From an uncultured Ruficoccus sp. (GTDB taxonomy: Bacteria > Verrucomicrobiota > Verrucomicrobiia > Opitutales > Cerasicoccaceae), in NCBI GenBank assembly GCA_965140785.1, contig OZ223481.1:576001-640000 (forward strand): a stretch of DNA of 64,000 nt. Direction: 5' to 3'. Shown one piece after another: positions 32,447 through 42,691 of the stretch. The notes under the pieces were generated by a model. That model saw only the letters and a program-made list of their open reading frames with translations, had not been told where the DNA came from and made no database searches. Within the stretch, counting starts at the first letter, position 1; each line of letters starts with the position of its first letter. A program made the translations under genes and the position numbers.

Positions 32447-32610
32447 GGCCGGACACCCGCATTGTTGTGAGGAATTGTCGATTAGGTCACTAAAAAGTCA
32501 CTAGAATTTTTGACGAGCCTTCTCTCGCGTCTAGTGACTTTTGCGCATTTTGGGCGCCTCCGAATCCGGGTTCGAATGACGTGATTTCGCGGCAATGCAC
32601 ACAGCTTGAA

Positions 32611-33087
32611 TTACTCCCCCAATTTCTCGCGGATGGCCTTGAGCTTTTGGATGGTCTGCCGGTCTTTCTCCCGGTTCATTGCGCTCTTGGCCTTGATCAG
32701 CCCGTCGAAGTCGAGGGTGCGCACGGAACCGAAAACCAGCCGGATCTCCCGGGCGTACTCAAGCACAATATCATAATCGCCGAGCCCCAGAATCGACCCG
32801 AGGCAGTCCAGGGCTCCCAGGTCCGTGAGCAGGTAGAGGTTTTTGATGGAATCGGCGGTGAAAGCCTCGCGGTTGAGCGCGGGTTTGTTGGGATGCATCC
32901 GGTAGCGGGGATGCAGGTCCTCGATCGCGTCATAGAGTCGGCTTAAATTCTCGTCCCCGAGCCGGACGCAGACATCCAGGTCTTGGGTGAGCAGGTCACT
33001 ACCCAAAATCATGGACGCGTACCCGCCTACGATGATGAACTCAACGCGGTGGTCATGAAACCGCCTCAATAGCGTCAGAAAGTCCAT
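32611..33087 (-). CDS. Minimal nucleotidyltransferase-like protein (putative TA component)
   Basis: FIIVGGYA, TQDLDV (DxD), LIKAKSAMNREKD. Confidence 0.75.
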   Translation of the reverse strand: MDFLTLLRRFHDHRVEFIIVGGYASMILGSDLLTQDLDVCVRLGDENLSRLYDAIEDLHPRYRMHPNKPALNREAFTADSIKNLYLLTDLGALDCLGSILGLGDYDIVLEYAREIRLVFGSVRTLDFDGLIKAKSAMNREKDRQTIQKLKAIREKLGE

Positions 33088-33265
33088 GGATTTGCTTCAG
33101 GGCCGCTCTGCGCAAAGCCATAGCCTGGGATATAGCCCGGTCGTGACGGACGCAGCGTTCCTGGTAGGAAAGCTCGAGGTTGGCTTCGATCAGGGACATG
33201 TCGCACCCCTCGTCCTGAGCTTGCTCCCAGGCACTTGTTGATGGCAGGCGATCTTCCCCTTTCAT
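33053..33265 (-). CDS. Small partner protein of the nucleotidyltransferase
   Basis: 70 aa, overlaps the NTase start; DMSLIEANLELSYQER. Confidence 0.6.
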   Translation of the reverse strand: MKGEDRLPSTSAWEQAQDEGCDMSLIEANLELSYQERCVRHDRAISQAMALRRAALKQIHGLSDAIEAVS

Positions 33266-33635
33266 TACTACTTACTCTATACGAACGAGGCCATCAGGCA
33301 AGTTCAACCGCATGACGTATTTACAAAAGAGCGCCCTTGCGTCACTAATATGGCTACGGAAGCCAGGAAAATCCACGCTCTGAAATCCGAGCACAAGAAA
33401 TTGATAGCCCTTTATGAAGAGCCCACTGAGCGCTCGATCTACCGACACGGCTTCCTGGATGCCCTCGAAGCGGCGGCAATGGTGGATGGGGTGGGGTGAG
33501 CGTACGCGCTATTTTTCAGGTTAAATGAATTCGTGGGCCCTTTGCATTGCTTGAACTCATATTCGGGGATTGGGTTGAGGCAGAAATCTTTTGATAGACC
33601 GCAGTCGGAGAACGCAATAGAACACAGATATTATC

Positions 33636-36125
33636 ATGCCCCGGAAAGCGACCGCACACAAACCCGCGAAGCCAAAAGGAAAAGCCAAGCAACCTCGTGA
33701 TCTGTTTATTTTAGGCTTTGATGCAGAGTGGGTCCGGGATCGCGAGAACGTGAACGAAAACCGCATCCTGAGTTATCAGTGGTATGTTATCAATGGAAGT
33801 AAACGAGGTGGGGGCCTGTTTCTTACGAGAGAAACGGGTCGCCTGGGTTTCGCAAAGTTCATTTCTCTCAGTCTTGAAGATGCCAAGCAGCAGGCGTTGT
33901 TTAAGCACTACCCTGAGACCGTTATTCTTGTGTCCCACTTTACGCGTGCAGACCTGAGTTCATTCAGTGATTACCATAGTGTACTCAAGAAATCTTTCGA
34001 TAACGTCCGTAAAAGCTATACCAGCTTAGGGACCACCTACAAGGTTACCTTGACGGACAGCAATCGGAACCAACGTAAGATTGACGTCACGCTGAGGGAT
34101 ACGATGCATATCGCTCCCGCCGGAAGTTCGCTGGAAGCGTTGGGTGAATTGCACAAAGTGAAAAAAGTTACCCTGCCGGCGGGTGCTATTGAGCATATGG
34201 ATGAACTTCTGGAGACGAACCCGGAGTTATTCAAACAATATGCTGTCAGGGACGCGGAGATTACGGCCCTACATGCACTGAAGATGGCGGAATCCTCCGA
34301 AAAGATGTTTGGTGAACGTGAAGTACCGATCACCCTGGGCGGGATGGGGGTGAAATATTGTCAGCATTTATGGCGTGCCAATGGGATGACCCCCTTGAGG
34401 GTTCTGGGACAGCACGAGGTCGCTAGGACATTCTTCGATGAGAAAACCCGCCGCCGAAAGAAGGTGAAGGAAATTCAGTTTATTCCTGAAGTGTCAGCGT
34501 CTGAAAACCTTGTCATTGATGCCTATCATGGTGGTCGAAATGAATCCTTTTTCTTTGGGGCGACGCCTGAAGATGATTGGCGGGATATCGATTTGAAAGG
34601 AGCGTATTCGACGGCTATGGCCACGATTCGTCAACCCGTCTGGAAGCGTGTCGAGCACACGACGGACGTTGACCGTTACGATCTCGATACCATGGGGTTT
34701 GCTTACGTTTATTTCGTTTTCCACCAGGAGATGCGATTTCCTGGACTACCTGTGAGGCACGATGGCAGTCTCTTTTTCCCTCGGGAGGGGCGGACCCATG
34801 CAACTGCTTCAGAAATCGCGTTGGCCCGTCTGCAGGGTGCTAGGGTTGAAGTGTTGGATGGAGTTGTCGTACCTTTAGAGCAGGATAACTACCCCATCCG
34901 CGAGATCGTACTGAAGGCAACGCAGTCCCGCAATAACGCGAAAACGACACTTGAGAACAAACTCTATAAGGAGTTGATCAATTCGTTCTACGGGAAATTT
35001 GCGCAGGGGCTAAGGCGTAGCCGTGGGTTGAATACGCGTTCAGGGGAGATTGAGGATTTGCCGCCGTCGAAAATTACGCAGGCATATTTTGCGGCGCATA
35101 TCACCGGACTTGTACGAGCGGTTCTTAGTGAGATCATGAACCGCATTCCTGAGAAATACGATGTAATCAGCGTGACGACGGACGGCTTCATTACCAACGC
35201 GCCTGAAGAGGTGACGGCGGAAGCCTCTCAAGGACCTATTAGCGCAATTTTCAAGCAAGCTCGCGGGATATTGACGGGTAGCGACGATAGCATCTTGGAA
35301 GAGAAACATCGCGTTCGGCAGGTTCTCTCGTGGGCAACAAGGGGGCAGGCAACGCTTAAATCGGCTGATGGGGGAAAGGCCATTTTAGCTAAAGCAGGAA
35401 TTCAGGCTCCGAGAGAGTTGAGCGCGGAAGGCCAGAACCAATGGGTCGTGGACCTGTTCAAGAACCGTGACGAGAATAGTAAGCTGGAGATAACGCAACT
35501 CAAAGGAATGAGTGCTATGTACCATGAGGAGTCCGGTGGGTTGGTCGATTTGCATAAAACCCGCTCGTTGCAGATGGATTTTGATTTTAAGCGTCAAGTT
35601 AATCATCATAAAAAGGGGATGCGAGCCGTTGATGGGATGGATCATGTATGGTTTAAAACATACCCTTGGCAATGCATAGACGACTGCGTTCGTGCCCGGA
35701 ATACGATTCAGCGTTTCCGTAGCGAGGAGAAGCGATGTCTAAAAACGCTTGATGATCTGTATCATTTCCAGCGATGCTACGAAGCGACCGCACTTCCTGG
35801 AGGATTCAACCGTACACGAGGCGGCGGGACGGTTGATGATGCCGTTCGTGTCCTTATACGCGCGATGGTTCAGGACAAGTGGAACTTGAGCTTAAAGGGT
35901 AGAACCCACACGGAGTGGTGTGAGTGGTTTGGACAGCATGGTTATTCGGTATCCATCGATCAGTTTAAGAAAGCATCGGCCAATCCTGTCATTTCCAATG
36001 CAATAGAGCTGGGGGCTGAGGTGTCTAAACTGATCGATCTAATAAAATCAGAATTCCCTGAGTTCGATCATAACATCCTCCTTACGATGCGCCCGAAGAG
36101 TGAGGATTCGTCTGATGAGGAATGA
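33636..36125 (+). CDS. Family B DNA polymerase, primer-independent type (piPolB)
   Basis: ExoI FDAEW, ExoII HFTRADL, ExoIII YAVRD; YHGGRNE; motif A DLKGAYST; motif B KELINSFYGKFAQG; motif C SVTTDGF; KH...TRGQ. Confidence 0.88.
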   Translation: MPRKATAHKPAKPKGKAKQPRDLFILGFDAEWVRDRENVNENRILSYQWYVINGSKRGGGLFLTRETGRLGFAKFISLSLEDAKQQALFKHYPETVILVSHFTRADLSSFSDYHSVLKKSFDNVRKSYTSLGTTYKVTLTDSNRNQRKIDVTLRDTMHIAPAGSSLEALGELHKVKKVTLPAGAIEHMDELLETNPELFKQYAVRDAEITALHALKMAESSEKMFGEREVPITLGGMGVKYCQHLWRANGMTPLRVLGQHEVARTFFDEKTRRRKKVKEIQFIPEVSASENLVIDAYHGGRNESFFFGATPEDDWRDIDLKGAYSTAMATIRQPVWKRVEHTTDVDRYDLDTMGFAYVYFVFHQEMRFPGLPVRHDGSLFFPREGRTHATASEIALARLQGARVEVLDGVVVPLEQDNYPIREIVLKATQSRNNAKTTLENKLYKELINSFYGKFAQGLRRSRGLNTRSGEIEDLPPSKITQAYFAAHITGLVRAVLSEIMNRIPEKYDVISVTTDGFITNAPEEVTAEASQGPISAIFKQARGILTGSDDSILEEKHRVRQVLSWATRGQATLKSADGGKAILAKAGIQAPRELSAEGQNQWVVDLFKNRDENSKLEITQLKGMSAMYHEESGGLVDLHKTRSLQMDFDFKRQVNHHKKGMRAVDGMDHVWFKTYPWQCIDDCVRARNTIQRFRSEEKRCLKTLDDLYHFQRCYEATALPGGFNRTRGGGTVDDAVRVLIRAMVQDKWNLSLKGRTHTEWCEWFGQHGYSVSIDQFKKASANPVISNAIELGAEVSKLIDLIKSEFPEFDHNILLTMRPKSEDSSDEE

Positions 36126-36151
36126 GAAACAGGTAACGTTTGGACCCTCAA

Positions 36152-36260
36152 AAACTACGAAAATCGGACGTTTTTCGTAGTTTATTTGCGTCGATTGTTG
36201 TTTGTAAGTACTTGCTTATAAGTATATAATGGAATAGGTTCCGTAACCGGGTATGGGTAT
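36152..36260. repeat. Bipartite cis-element, copy 1 (hairpin + CGTAACCGGGTATGGGTAT)
   Basis: AAACTACGAAAA/TTTTCGTAGTTT stem at 36152-36183; 19-mer at 36242-36260; recurs at 55131-55240. Confidence 0.8.
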
Positions 36261-36370
36261 ACCCGAACCATGTTAGCGCACCAGCCTCCCTCGCATAGTT
36301 TCTAGACGCATTAGGCTAGTTCCAGTTCTTGCTGATGTTGTAGGCGATGACACTCAGAACCCTTGTGCGT

Positions 36371-37006
36371 TTACCTGAAATTCCGCTCTGCCATTTTGGG
36401 TACGAGCACCACCGAAAATGCTTTGCTGACAAATATTCTTAGATGGTAACCCTTTTGGACGGATGAGTACTCCCAGTAGGAAGGGATTCGTTTGTTGGTA
36501 AAGTAGTCCGTCCTGTACTTTACGTTTAGCTCAGGGATACCGTAGGAGCTCATGAATAATTTCGCGAAATCACGTCCTGTGAGGTCTGCTACTTTAAAGA
36601 GGTGGTTGACGCCTTCCTCGGTAAGCATGAAACCGATAACAACATTTTCGTAAACATAGACTGCGCCGTAATTTACCCCGTTTACTTCAAATTGGTTAAT
36701 GATCTGTGGACTATGCCCGATGGGAAAGACGAAATCCGGTGGAATATCCTGTTTCAAATACTTGATGTTCCCCTCGACAACTTGATTCAGTTGGCTGGTA
36801 AACTCTCTTGCCGCCATGCCGGGGTATAGCCCGTGGACGATCAAGCCTGCGCTATACTCGGGTACATAAAAGCGAGAGTCAGGTATGGATTGCCTGGTCC
36901 CTCCTTCATCGGGATTTTCCGTTTGAGCCGTGGCAACGGATACAACATTCATGATGCCGATAAGCAGGGCGAGGTGCAGGGTTACATTAGGCAGTAGGTT
37001 TTTCAT
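36371..37006 (-). CDS. Hypothetical secreted protein
   Basis: 211-aa ORF with signal peptide, coupled to the upstream gene. Confidence 0.65.
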   Translation of the reverse strand: MKNLLPNVTLHLALLIGIMNVVSVATAQTENPDEGGTRQSIPDSRFYVPEYSAGLIVHGLYPGMAAREFTSQLNQVVEGNIKYLKQDIPPDFVFPIGHSPQIINQFEVNGVNYGAVYVYENVVIGFMLTEEGVNHLFKVADLTGRDFAKLFMSSYGIPELNVKYRTDYFTNKRIPSYWEYSSVQKGYHLRIFVSKAFSVVLVPKMAERNFR

Positions 37007-37458
37007 TTTGTGGGCTTTATTTTGATTAAATCGTGTATGTCAGGCTGCCTATGGATGCGGACCGCTAACACGGTGATTGGCAGCCGAAAGCTCTCCGTAA
37101 CCTGTTCCAGGCGCAGCAGGTATTTTTCGTCGGAGGGACTTTCGATAATCAGGATGATGACCGCCTGGTTCCCTGACTCCGCCGCGTAGTTCAGGCTTTG
37201 TCCAATGGCCTCGGCCCACTTGTCCGCGAACTCCACCTCGATCGCGTACTTATCTGTCAGGATGTCGCAGCGGGTTCCGTTGGGAAGAACGACTTCGGTA
37301 TGACCATCCAGAACGCCCGCCGCCTGCTCCTGATAGTAAGACTCGGGATTTTTACGTGCCGCTTCCAGGGATGTGACTGCCAGCAGAAGGGGAAGGAGGT
37401 ACCTCAGCCGCAGGTACTGGAACAAGCGCTCTGGCGGTATTTTAAAGCCGTTTCGCAT
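37003..37458 (-). CDS. Hypothetical protein, possible PD-(D/E)XK-like fold
   Basis: EVVLPNGTRCDILTDKYAIEVEF..KWAEAIGQSLNY; hydrophobic N-terminal segment. Confidence 0.6.
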   Translation of the reverse strand: MRNGFKIPPERLFQYLRLRYLLPLLLAVTSLEAARKNPESYYQEQAAGVLDGHTEVVLPNGTRCDILTDKYAIEVEFADKWAEAIGQSLNYAAESGNQAVIILIIESPSDEKYLLRLEQVTESFRLPITVLAVRIHRQPDIHDLIKIKPTK

Positions 37459-37697
37459 GTTTAAAGTCGATTCGCATGTCTTGCGGGCCGGGTCAGTGGA
37501 GCGGGGATCTACCTTGCGGGTGTAGCCGGTTGAGCGGTTCGAGGTCGTGGTGGCAGATTTTCGGATGGTGTGCGGTTATGGAGGCGTGATCCGGGCATGA
37601 ATGCACAATCACCTCATGATCATGGGGTCTGTGTGTCAATTAAAAACCTTACGTTCATGGGGTGTCCTGCCGAACCCTGCGCTCGTATGGTGGTCGG

Positions 37698-37910
37698 GTG
37701 AATAATTCTCTGACGGAACTGGGCGATCGCCTGCGGGCATTACGGGCCAAACACGGCCTCACGCAGGAGGAATTTGCCCAACTGGCTGGCATCGGCTACA
37801 AGTTCTACCAGCAGATCGAGGGAGCGCGTAAAAAGGAGATCTGGCTCTCGACCGTCGAACGTCTCGCCGCCCCCTACGGCCTGCGCGCCTGGCAACTCCT
37901 GGCTCCCTGA
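37698..37910 (+). CDS. XRE-family HTH regulator
   Basis: LRALRAKHGLTQEEFAQLAGI..YQQIE. Confidence 0.85.
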   Translation: MNNSLTELGDRLRALRAKHGLTQEEFAQLAGIGYKFYQQIEGARKKEIWLSTVERLAAPYGLRAWQLLAP

Positions 37911-38138
37911 CATGCCCGAAGATTCCAAGCTGACCCGCAAAGTCCCCAGCAGCCGGGTGCATCGGGGGTAGGCTAAATCAAACGCGAAATTCGAGAGGGA
38001 GGTTGATACGAAATCCCTCAACCTCTTCGGTCTGCCCGGACGAATAGTCTAGATCATGCTGAATTCGGTACTTCGAATAAGTTTTGAACTATCAATATAT
38101 ATCTTGCAGATGCTATGTTATCACCCTGTAATACAGTG

Positions 38139-38290
38139 ATGCCTATTACTGAAAGCTTACCGGATCTCGTTAAGTCCGTGCGAAAACAGCTAGGACTGAG
38201 TCAAGAAGGCCTGGCGAGGGAGATTGGTGTCAGTTTTTCAAGCATTAGCCGGTGGGAAAGCGGCAAAACGGCACCCATGCCCCTGCAACG
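38139..38290 (+). pseudogene. XRE HTH regulator, probably truncated
   Basis: VRKQLGLSQEGLAREIGVSFSSISRWESGKTAP, then similarity is lost next to a transposase remnant. Confidence 0.65.
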
Positions 38291-38364
38291 GAGACAGTCT
38301 AAAGGAACGCCTGGGGGAGGAGGCGAGGGTCCGGATTGCGGCGACCACGTTTTCGATCTATGCC

Positions 38365-38490
38365 TTCGAGGCTCTTTGAGAATGCGATTTTCCTCCAACA
38401 GGTAGTCGATGACTGTCTGCTGTTTACGCCCCTGACCACTCGGCCAGCCCAGTAGAAATGTCAGTAGAGCTGTAAATTGTGTATCCAAAG
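38365..38490 (-). mobile_element. Transposase N-terminal remnant
   Basis: LLGW..KQQTVIDYLLEENRILKE, resembling the N-terminus of integrase-core transposases. Confidence 0.5.
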
Positions 38491-38877
38491 TAACGTATTC
38501 TGTTTTTCTGCAATTAGTTATCAAACATAGGTTCTCTATCTGAGGATCATGAGGTTGTATGGGGCAGAATCGAAATTGTCGTAATTATCAAACCTTTCTA
38601 CGCTTTGATTCCCATCCTTGGATCTTCAATGACAAGGTTTATGACGGATTACTGATCGACAGTTTTGTAGTCATAGCTTCTGTCTGTCGTTTTTTTTTGC
38701 GAGTCGTCGAGGGTAGAGAATATGCAACACTCTTAGTCGTTGTTTTTAGTCGCAACGTTCTTGTATTCATTGATTTGAATTGGTTCAGATTTAAAACACT
38801 TTCCAGTCCTGAGCTACTTTTGTATATTTTCACAATCAACTTCCGTTTATGTATTGTTTAACCTCATCACAAATATC

Positions 38878-39909
38878 ATGAGAATCTCTATGCCTTACTC
38901 GTATAAAATATTGTCTAGCCGTAGCCGAATGGTCTTAGTCACGGCTTTCTTTGCTTTTTCTGCGTTCTCTGTTAAGCTTGATGCGGCATTGCTGGCCTAT
39001 GAATCTTTTGATTATGGCCAGAGTAGCAGTAATCTTAACCTAGTTTCCGAGAGTCAGCGTCAAACCGGACTGGGCGGGACGTGGAATTCAGTTCCCGGAT
39101 ACAACATTCCTTGGTACAATGCCGGATCGAGTCTTTCGTTTGGCTCCCTGCAGACATTTGGCGGTCACATCGCTCAGTCGACCAGTACGGCTAACGGGCG
39201 GGCAAAGGTTCCGCTGGGCGTCGATACAAAAGGGACGACCGGAACTATATACCTGAGCTATCTGTTCCGCGCCGAGCCCTACGGCGGGGCAGAGTATAAT
39301 CCAGGGGTTGCGGCCTATGTCTCGCTCAATTCCTCCTCGTTCTTTGGCTCTTCGCAGGCCATATCGGATACAAGCGGCGTGCTTACTACGGATGCCCGAT
39401 ACAGCAATATCATTGCCTCCAGCGGATTGTATGGGGCCTCGAATGCAGATTTAAGAGCGCTGCAGGCATCTACAACCTACATGGTTATTACCGAATTTAC
39501 AAACGTTGGGTTGCCGCTTACCGGAGGCAACCCGGGGGTTGCAACGATGTGGGTGCTTACTTCTGCGCAGTACGACTACTTCATAACTAGTGGAGCCACG
39601 ACAGAGGCGCTGAATGCGGCGTCTATCGGCAGCGATGCCGACTCTGTCTTCTCTCGCGGTAGCGCACCCAAGTCCAGCGGTACCTGGACTCTGGCCGAGG
39701 ATGCATCCCTGACTGTTTATATGCATCCTTCTGTAGACAATTACTCAGCCTCTGTCGGTGCATACTTCCGCATGGATGAGATCCGGCTTGCGACAACGTT
39801 ATCCGATGCATTAACCGGTACGGTTGTTATTCCGGAGCCATCGGCCGTCGCGTTTGGAATCGGAGTCATTGCTCTAGTTGCGGCTGTTATGCGCCGCCGC
39901 CGCTCCTGA
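38878..39909 (+). CDS. PEP-CTERM surface protein
   Basis: Signal peptide, LLAYESFDY, MDEIRLAT, IPEPSA + TM + RRRR. Confidence 0.9.
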   Translation: MRISMPYSYKILSSRSRMVLVTAFFAFSAFSVKLDAALLAYESFDYGQSSSNLNLVSESQRQTGLGGTWNSVPGYNIPWYNAGSSLSFGSLQTFGGHIAQSTSTANGRAKVPLGVDTKGTTGTIYLSYLFRAEPYGGAEYNPGVAAYVSLNSSSFFGSSQAISDTSGVLTTDARYSNIIASSGLYGASNADLRALQASTTYMVITEFTNVGLPLTGGNPGVATMWVLTSAQYDYFITSGATTEALNAASIGSDADSVFSRGSAPKSSGTWTLAEDASLTVYMHPSVDNYSASVGAYFRMDEIRLATTLSDALTGTVVIPEPSAVAFGIGVIALVAAVMRRRRS

Positions 39910-40007
39910 TCTTCATCCGATTATTATGTACACAGATTTCCGGCCAGACTTGTCTGTGCTGGCCGGGAATCATTTATCTTCCCCGTCTGATTTGAAAAAA
40001 TACGATC

Positions 40008-40733
40008 ATGGAAAAGCCTTTAGTGATTCAGGACGGATCTCGTTGTCGTGGTCGGCATGGTTTTACTCAGACCGAATTACTCGCCGCAATCGCAATCATT
40101 CTGGTGCTGGCGGCCATCATTATCCCCGTTGTGGGCATGGTGCGCGAGGGAGCGACGGTTGTTCAATGCCAGTCAAACCTGCGGCAGATCTATACTGCAT
40201 TGATGATATTCACCGTAGAGAACGATGACTATCTGCCTCCCGGTCCGAACTGGCCGAAGGGACTAACCTACACTCAGTACGGCGGGTATTCGGCAAGCAA
40301 CTACTCGCAGATGGCATCGCATCTGGCCCCCTATATGGGCAAGGAGGTATTGACTGGTGACCGCATTGACACGACCTGGTTTTGCCCTGGGCAGTCCAAG
40401 GGTCCTTCCACCTTTTTTGAGTTTGCAAACTGTCGCTGCTATGCGATTCCGTATTTCGGGAGCTACAGCAATTATCCGTTTGGTAATATTCATCAGGGGG
40501 GCATGAAGTCTTCGAGAATGAATGACTATCTGGGGGACAGACTACCCAGTGTTGCGTGGGTGTTGCGTGATATTGACCGCAGTGTTTCCCGCTATGATGT
40601 TCCCGATGTCACCCCGTCGCGCAGTCACAGAAATGGGCACAACTTCCTTTATTTCGACGGATCTGTACGTCTGCTTACGGATCAGGAGCAGGCTGAAAGG
40701 CTTGTCGAGATCGAAAGCGGAAGAAGACCCTGA
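40008..40733 (+). CDS. Prepilin-type protein with H-X9-DG tail
   Basis: GFTQTELLAAIAII, CQSNLRQI, HRNGHNFLYFDGSV. Confidence 0.88.
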   Translation: MEKPLVIQDGSRCRGRHGFTQTELLAAIAIILVLAAIIIPVVGMVREGATVVQCQSNLRQIYTALMIFTVENDDYLPPGPNWPKGLTYTQYGGYSASNYSQMASHLAPYMGKEVLTGDRIDTTWFCPGQSKGPSTFFEFANCRCYAIPYFGSYSNYPFGNIHQGGMKSSRMNDYLGDRLPSVAWVLRDIDRSVSRYDVPDVTPSRSHRNGHNFLYFDGSVRLLTDQEQAERLVEIESGRRP

Positions 40734-40805
40734 TAGGTGTAGTGTATGATCTGATAGATATCGGAGTAACGATATTCTATGTTCTAATTAAAATTATTTT
40801 ATATC

Positions 40806-41837
40806 ATGTCTATAAGTCAAACAGCGATAAGCTACTATGGTCTTAGTTATGTTGAACACGCAGAGCGGGATTTTCGCGAGATGGCCGGACATGGCTGCTC
40901 AACGGTGATTCTTGCTGTTACCGAGTTCGATTTTGATTTCTGGAGGCCGAACATCGGTAAGATTGTTGATCAAGCTCATGAACTCGGGTTGAGGGTTCTG
41001 CTGGATCCGTGGGGGATCGGCAAGTTCTTTGGCGGAGAGCAGGTCAGCCTATTCCTGCAAAACAATATTGAAAACCGTCAGGTTTCGGCCCTCACCGGAG
41101 AGAAACTTCCGTATGCCTGCTTTAATACTCAAGCATTTCGTGATTATTTTCAGAATATCTGCCTCACGCTTGCCCGCGAAACAGATGCGGACGGATTTTT
41201 CTGGGATGAACCGCACTACGCGTTCCCTAAGTCCTATGCATCGATTACGGGCGGGGCAGGGGATGACTGGAGCTGTCGCTGCCCTGTGTGCATGGCGAAG
41301 TTCAAGACGTACTATGGTTATGAAATGCCGCGCCTGATGAATGATGATGTGAAGCAGTTTCGCTGGCGTGAAGCGCTGTTTATTTTGGAGGATACCTCGC
41401 GGAAGCTCAAGGAACTCAAGCCGCAACTGGAGATAACCTGCTGCGTACATGCCACGCTCAACAGCTACTACGTAACCGAGCATCGCGGCTACGATAACTG
41501 GGACATGGTGGCAGCATCGCCTTATTTTGACGTGTTCTCAACGACAATCATCAATTGGGATCTGCCGCATTCCTTCTTTGAGCACATCACACGCCGGACA
41601 GTTGAGATTGCTCGGAAACATGGGAAAAAGTCGGAGCGCTGGCTGATGGGCTATTACAAGCAGCCTGCCGATTTTTCTGATCTGGATAAGGTTGTCGATC
41701 TCTATGTTGATCTCGGCGTCGATCGCCTGGCCACATGGACGTACCGTGGAGGATACGGCACCGTTCTTGCCGCTCCGGACGCGATCAAGCTGTGGGATAA
41801 GATTGGCGAAAACTATAACCGTGTTCTTGTTAAATAA
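40806..41837 (+). CDS. Putative glycoside hydrolase (TIM-barrel), family unclear
   Basis: AHELGLRVLLDPW, DGFFWDEPH, CRCPVC; no signal peptide. Confidence 0.6.
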   Translation: MSISQTAISYYGLSYVEHAERDFREMAGHGCSTVILAVTEFDFDFWRPNIGKIVDQAHELGLRVLLDPWGIGKFFGGEQVSLFLQNNIENRQVSALTGEKLPYACFNTQAFRDYFQNICLTLARETDADGFFWDEPHYAFPKSYASITGGAGDDWSCRCPVCMAKFKTYYGYEMPRLMNDDVKQFRWREALFILEDTSRKLKELKPQLEITCCVHATLNSYYVTEHRGYDNWDMVAASPYFDVFSTTIINWDLPHSFFEHITRRTVEIARKHGKKSERWLMGYYKQPADFSDLDKVVDLYVDLGVDRLATWTYRGGYGTVLAAPDAIKLWDKIGENYNRVLVK

Positions 41838-41848
41838 ATTTTATTGTT

Positions 41849-42607
41849 ATGAGAGATCTTAATGACTTTGGATATCTTGATCAGGTTGTTAGCAACCTGA
41901 AAAAAGTGAAAGAAACTCAGGCGGAGAATATCGCAGATGCCGCGCGACTTATGGCTGGCGCAATTGCGGAGGATCGCCTGATCCATGTGTATGGCGGCGG
42001 CGGCCACACGACTCTGGTTATGGGTGAAATGTTTTTCAGAGCCGGTGGCCTTGCCAACATCAACCCGATTATGGAGACGGGACTTTCCGTATTTAATCAG
42101 GCGTTGAAGTATCTGGAACTGGAGCGCACGGAGAACTATGGCTCTGCCATTGTGAAATACTATGAGCTGCAGGAAGGAGATGTTCTGATCATATTCCATA
42201 ACATCGGGATTAACGCAGCGACGATTGATGCGGCAATGGAGGCAAAGAGAGCTGGTGCGAAGATTATCGCCGTTTCCAGCAGTTTCTGGCAGAATGAAAT
42301 GCCGTCAGATCATTTCATCCGACACAGTTCGGCACGGAATCTTTTTGAATTCGCCGATGTGTGTATCGATGACTTTAATCCTGTCGGGGACTCAGTTGTG
42401 ACTGTTCCTGGGTTTGCGACTCCGATCGCACCGATCTCCAATGTGGTAGACTTTACTATCGCCCACTGGCTGGAGATTGAGTGCATTCGTCAATGCGTTG
42501 AGCGCGGGGTTGTTCCTCCGGTCTGGCGGAGTGCAAACGCTCCGGGAGGTGATCAGTTTAATGCTGAGAATCTTAAAAAGTACCGCCCGCTGGTTAAAAG
42601 TCTTTAG
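41849..42607 (+). CDS. SIS (sugar isomerase) domain protein
   Basis: IHVYGGGGH, EMFFRAGGL, PPVWRSANAPGGD. Confidence 0.85.
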   Translation: MRDLNDFGYLDQVVSNLKKVKETQAENIADAARLMAGAIAEDRLIHVYGGGGHTTLVMGEMFFRAGGLANINPIMETGLSVFNQALKYLELERTENYGSAIVKYYELQEGDVLIIFHNIGINAATIDAAMEAKRAGAKIIAVSSSFWQNEMPSDHFIRHSSARNLFEFADVCIDDFNPVGDSVVTVPGFATPIAPISNVVDFTIAHWLEIECIRQCVERGVVPPVWRSANAPGGDQFNAENLKKYRPLVKSL

Positions 42608-42625
42608 GGGAAATGCCGAATGAAA

Positions 42626-42656
42626 CCCTGATCCGAAAGTCATTTTCGGATCAGGG
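42626..42656. terminator. Intergenic 13-bp stem-loop
   Basis: CCCTGATCCGAAA/TTTCGGATCAGGG; no U-tract, so possibly an mRNA stabiliser. Confidence 0.5.
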
Positions 42657-42691
42657 ACAGTCTCTAAAAATTGCTATAAATACCCTCTATT

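Noticed and set aside
33350..33499. 49-aa ORF upstream of piPolB (MATEARK...)
   Set aside because: Short, with no motif or clear RBS; cannot be supported from sequence alone
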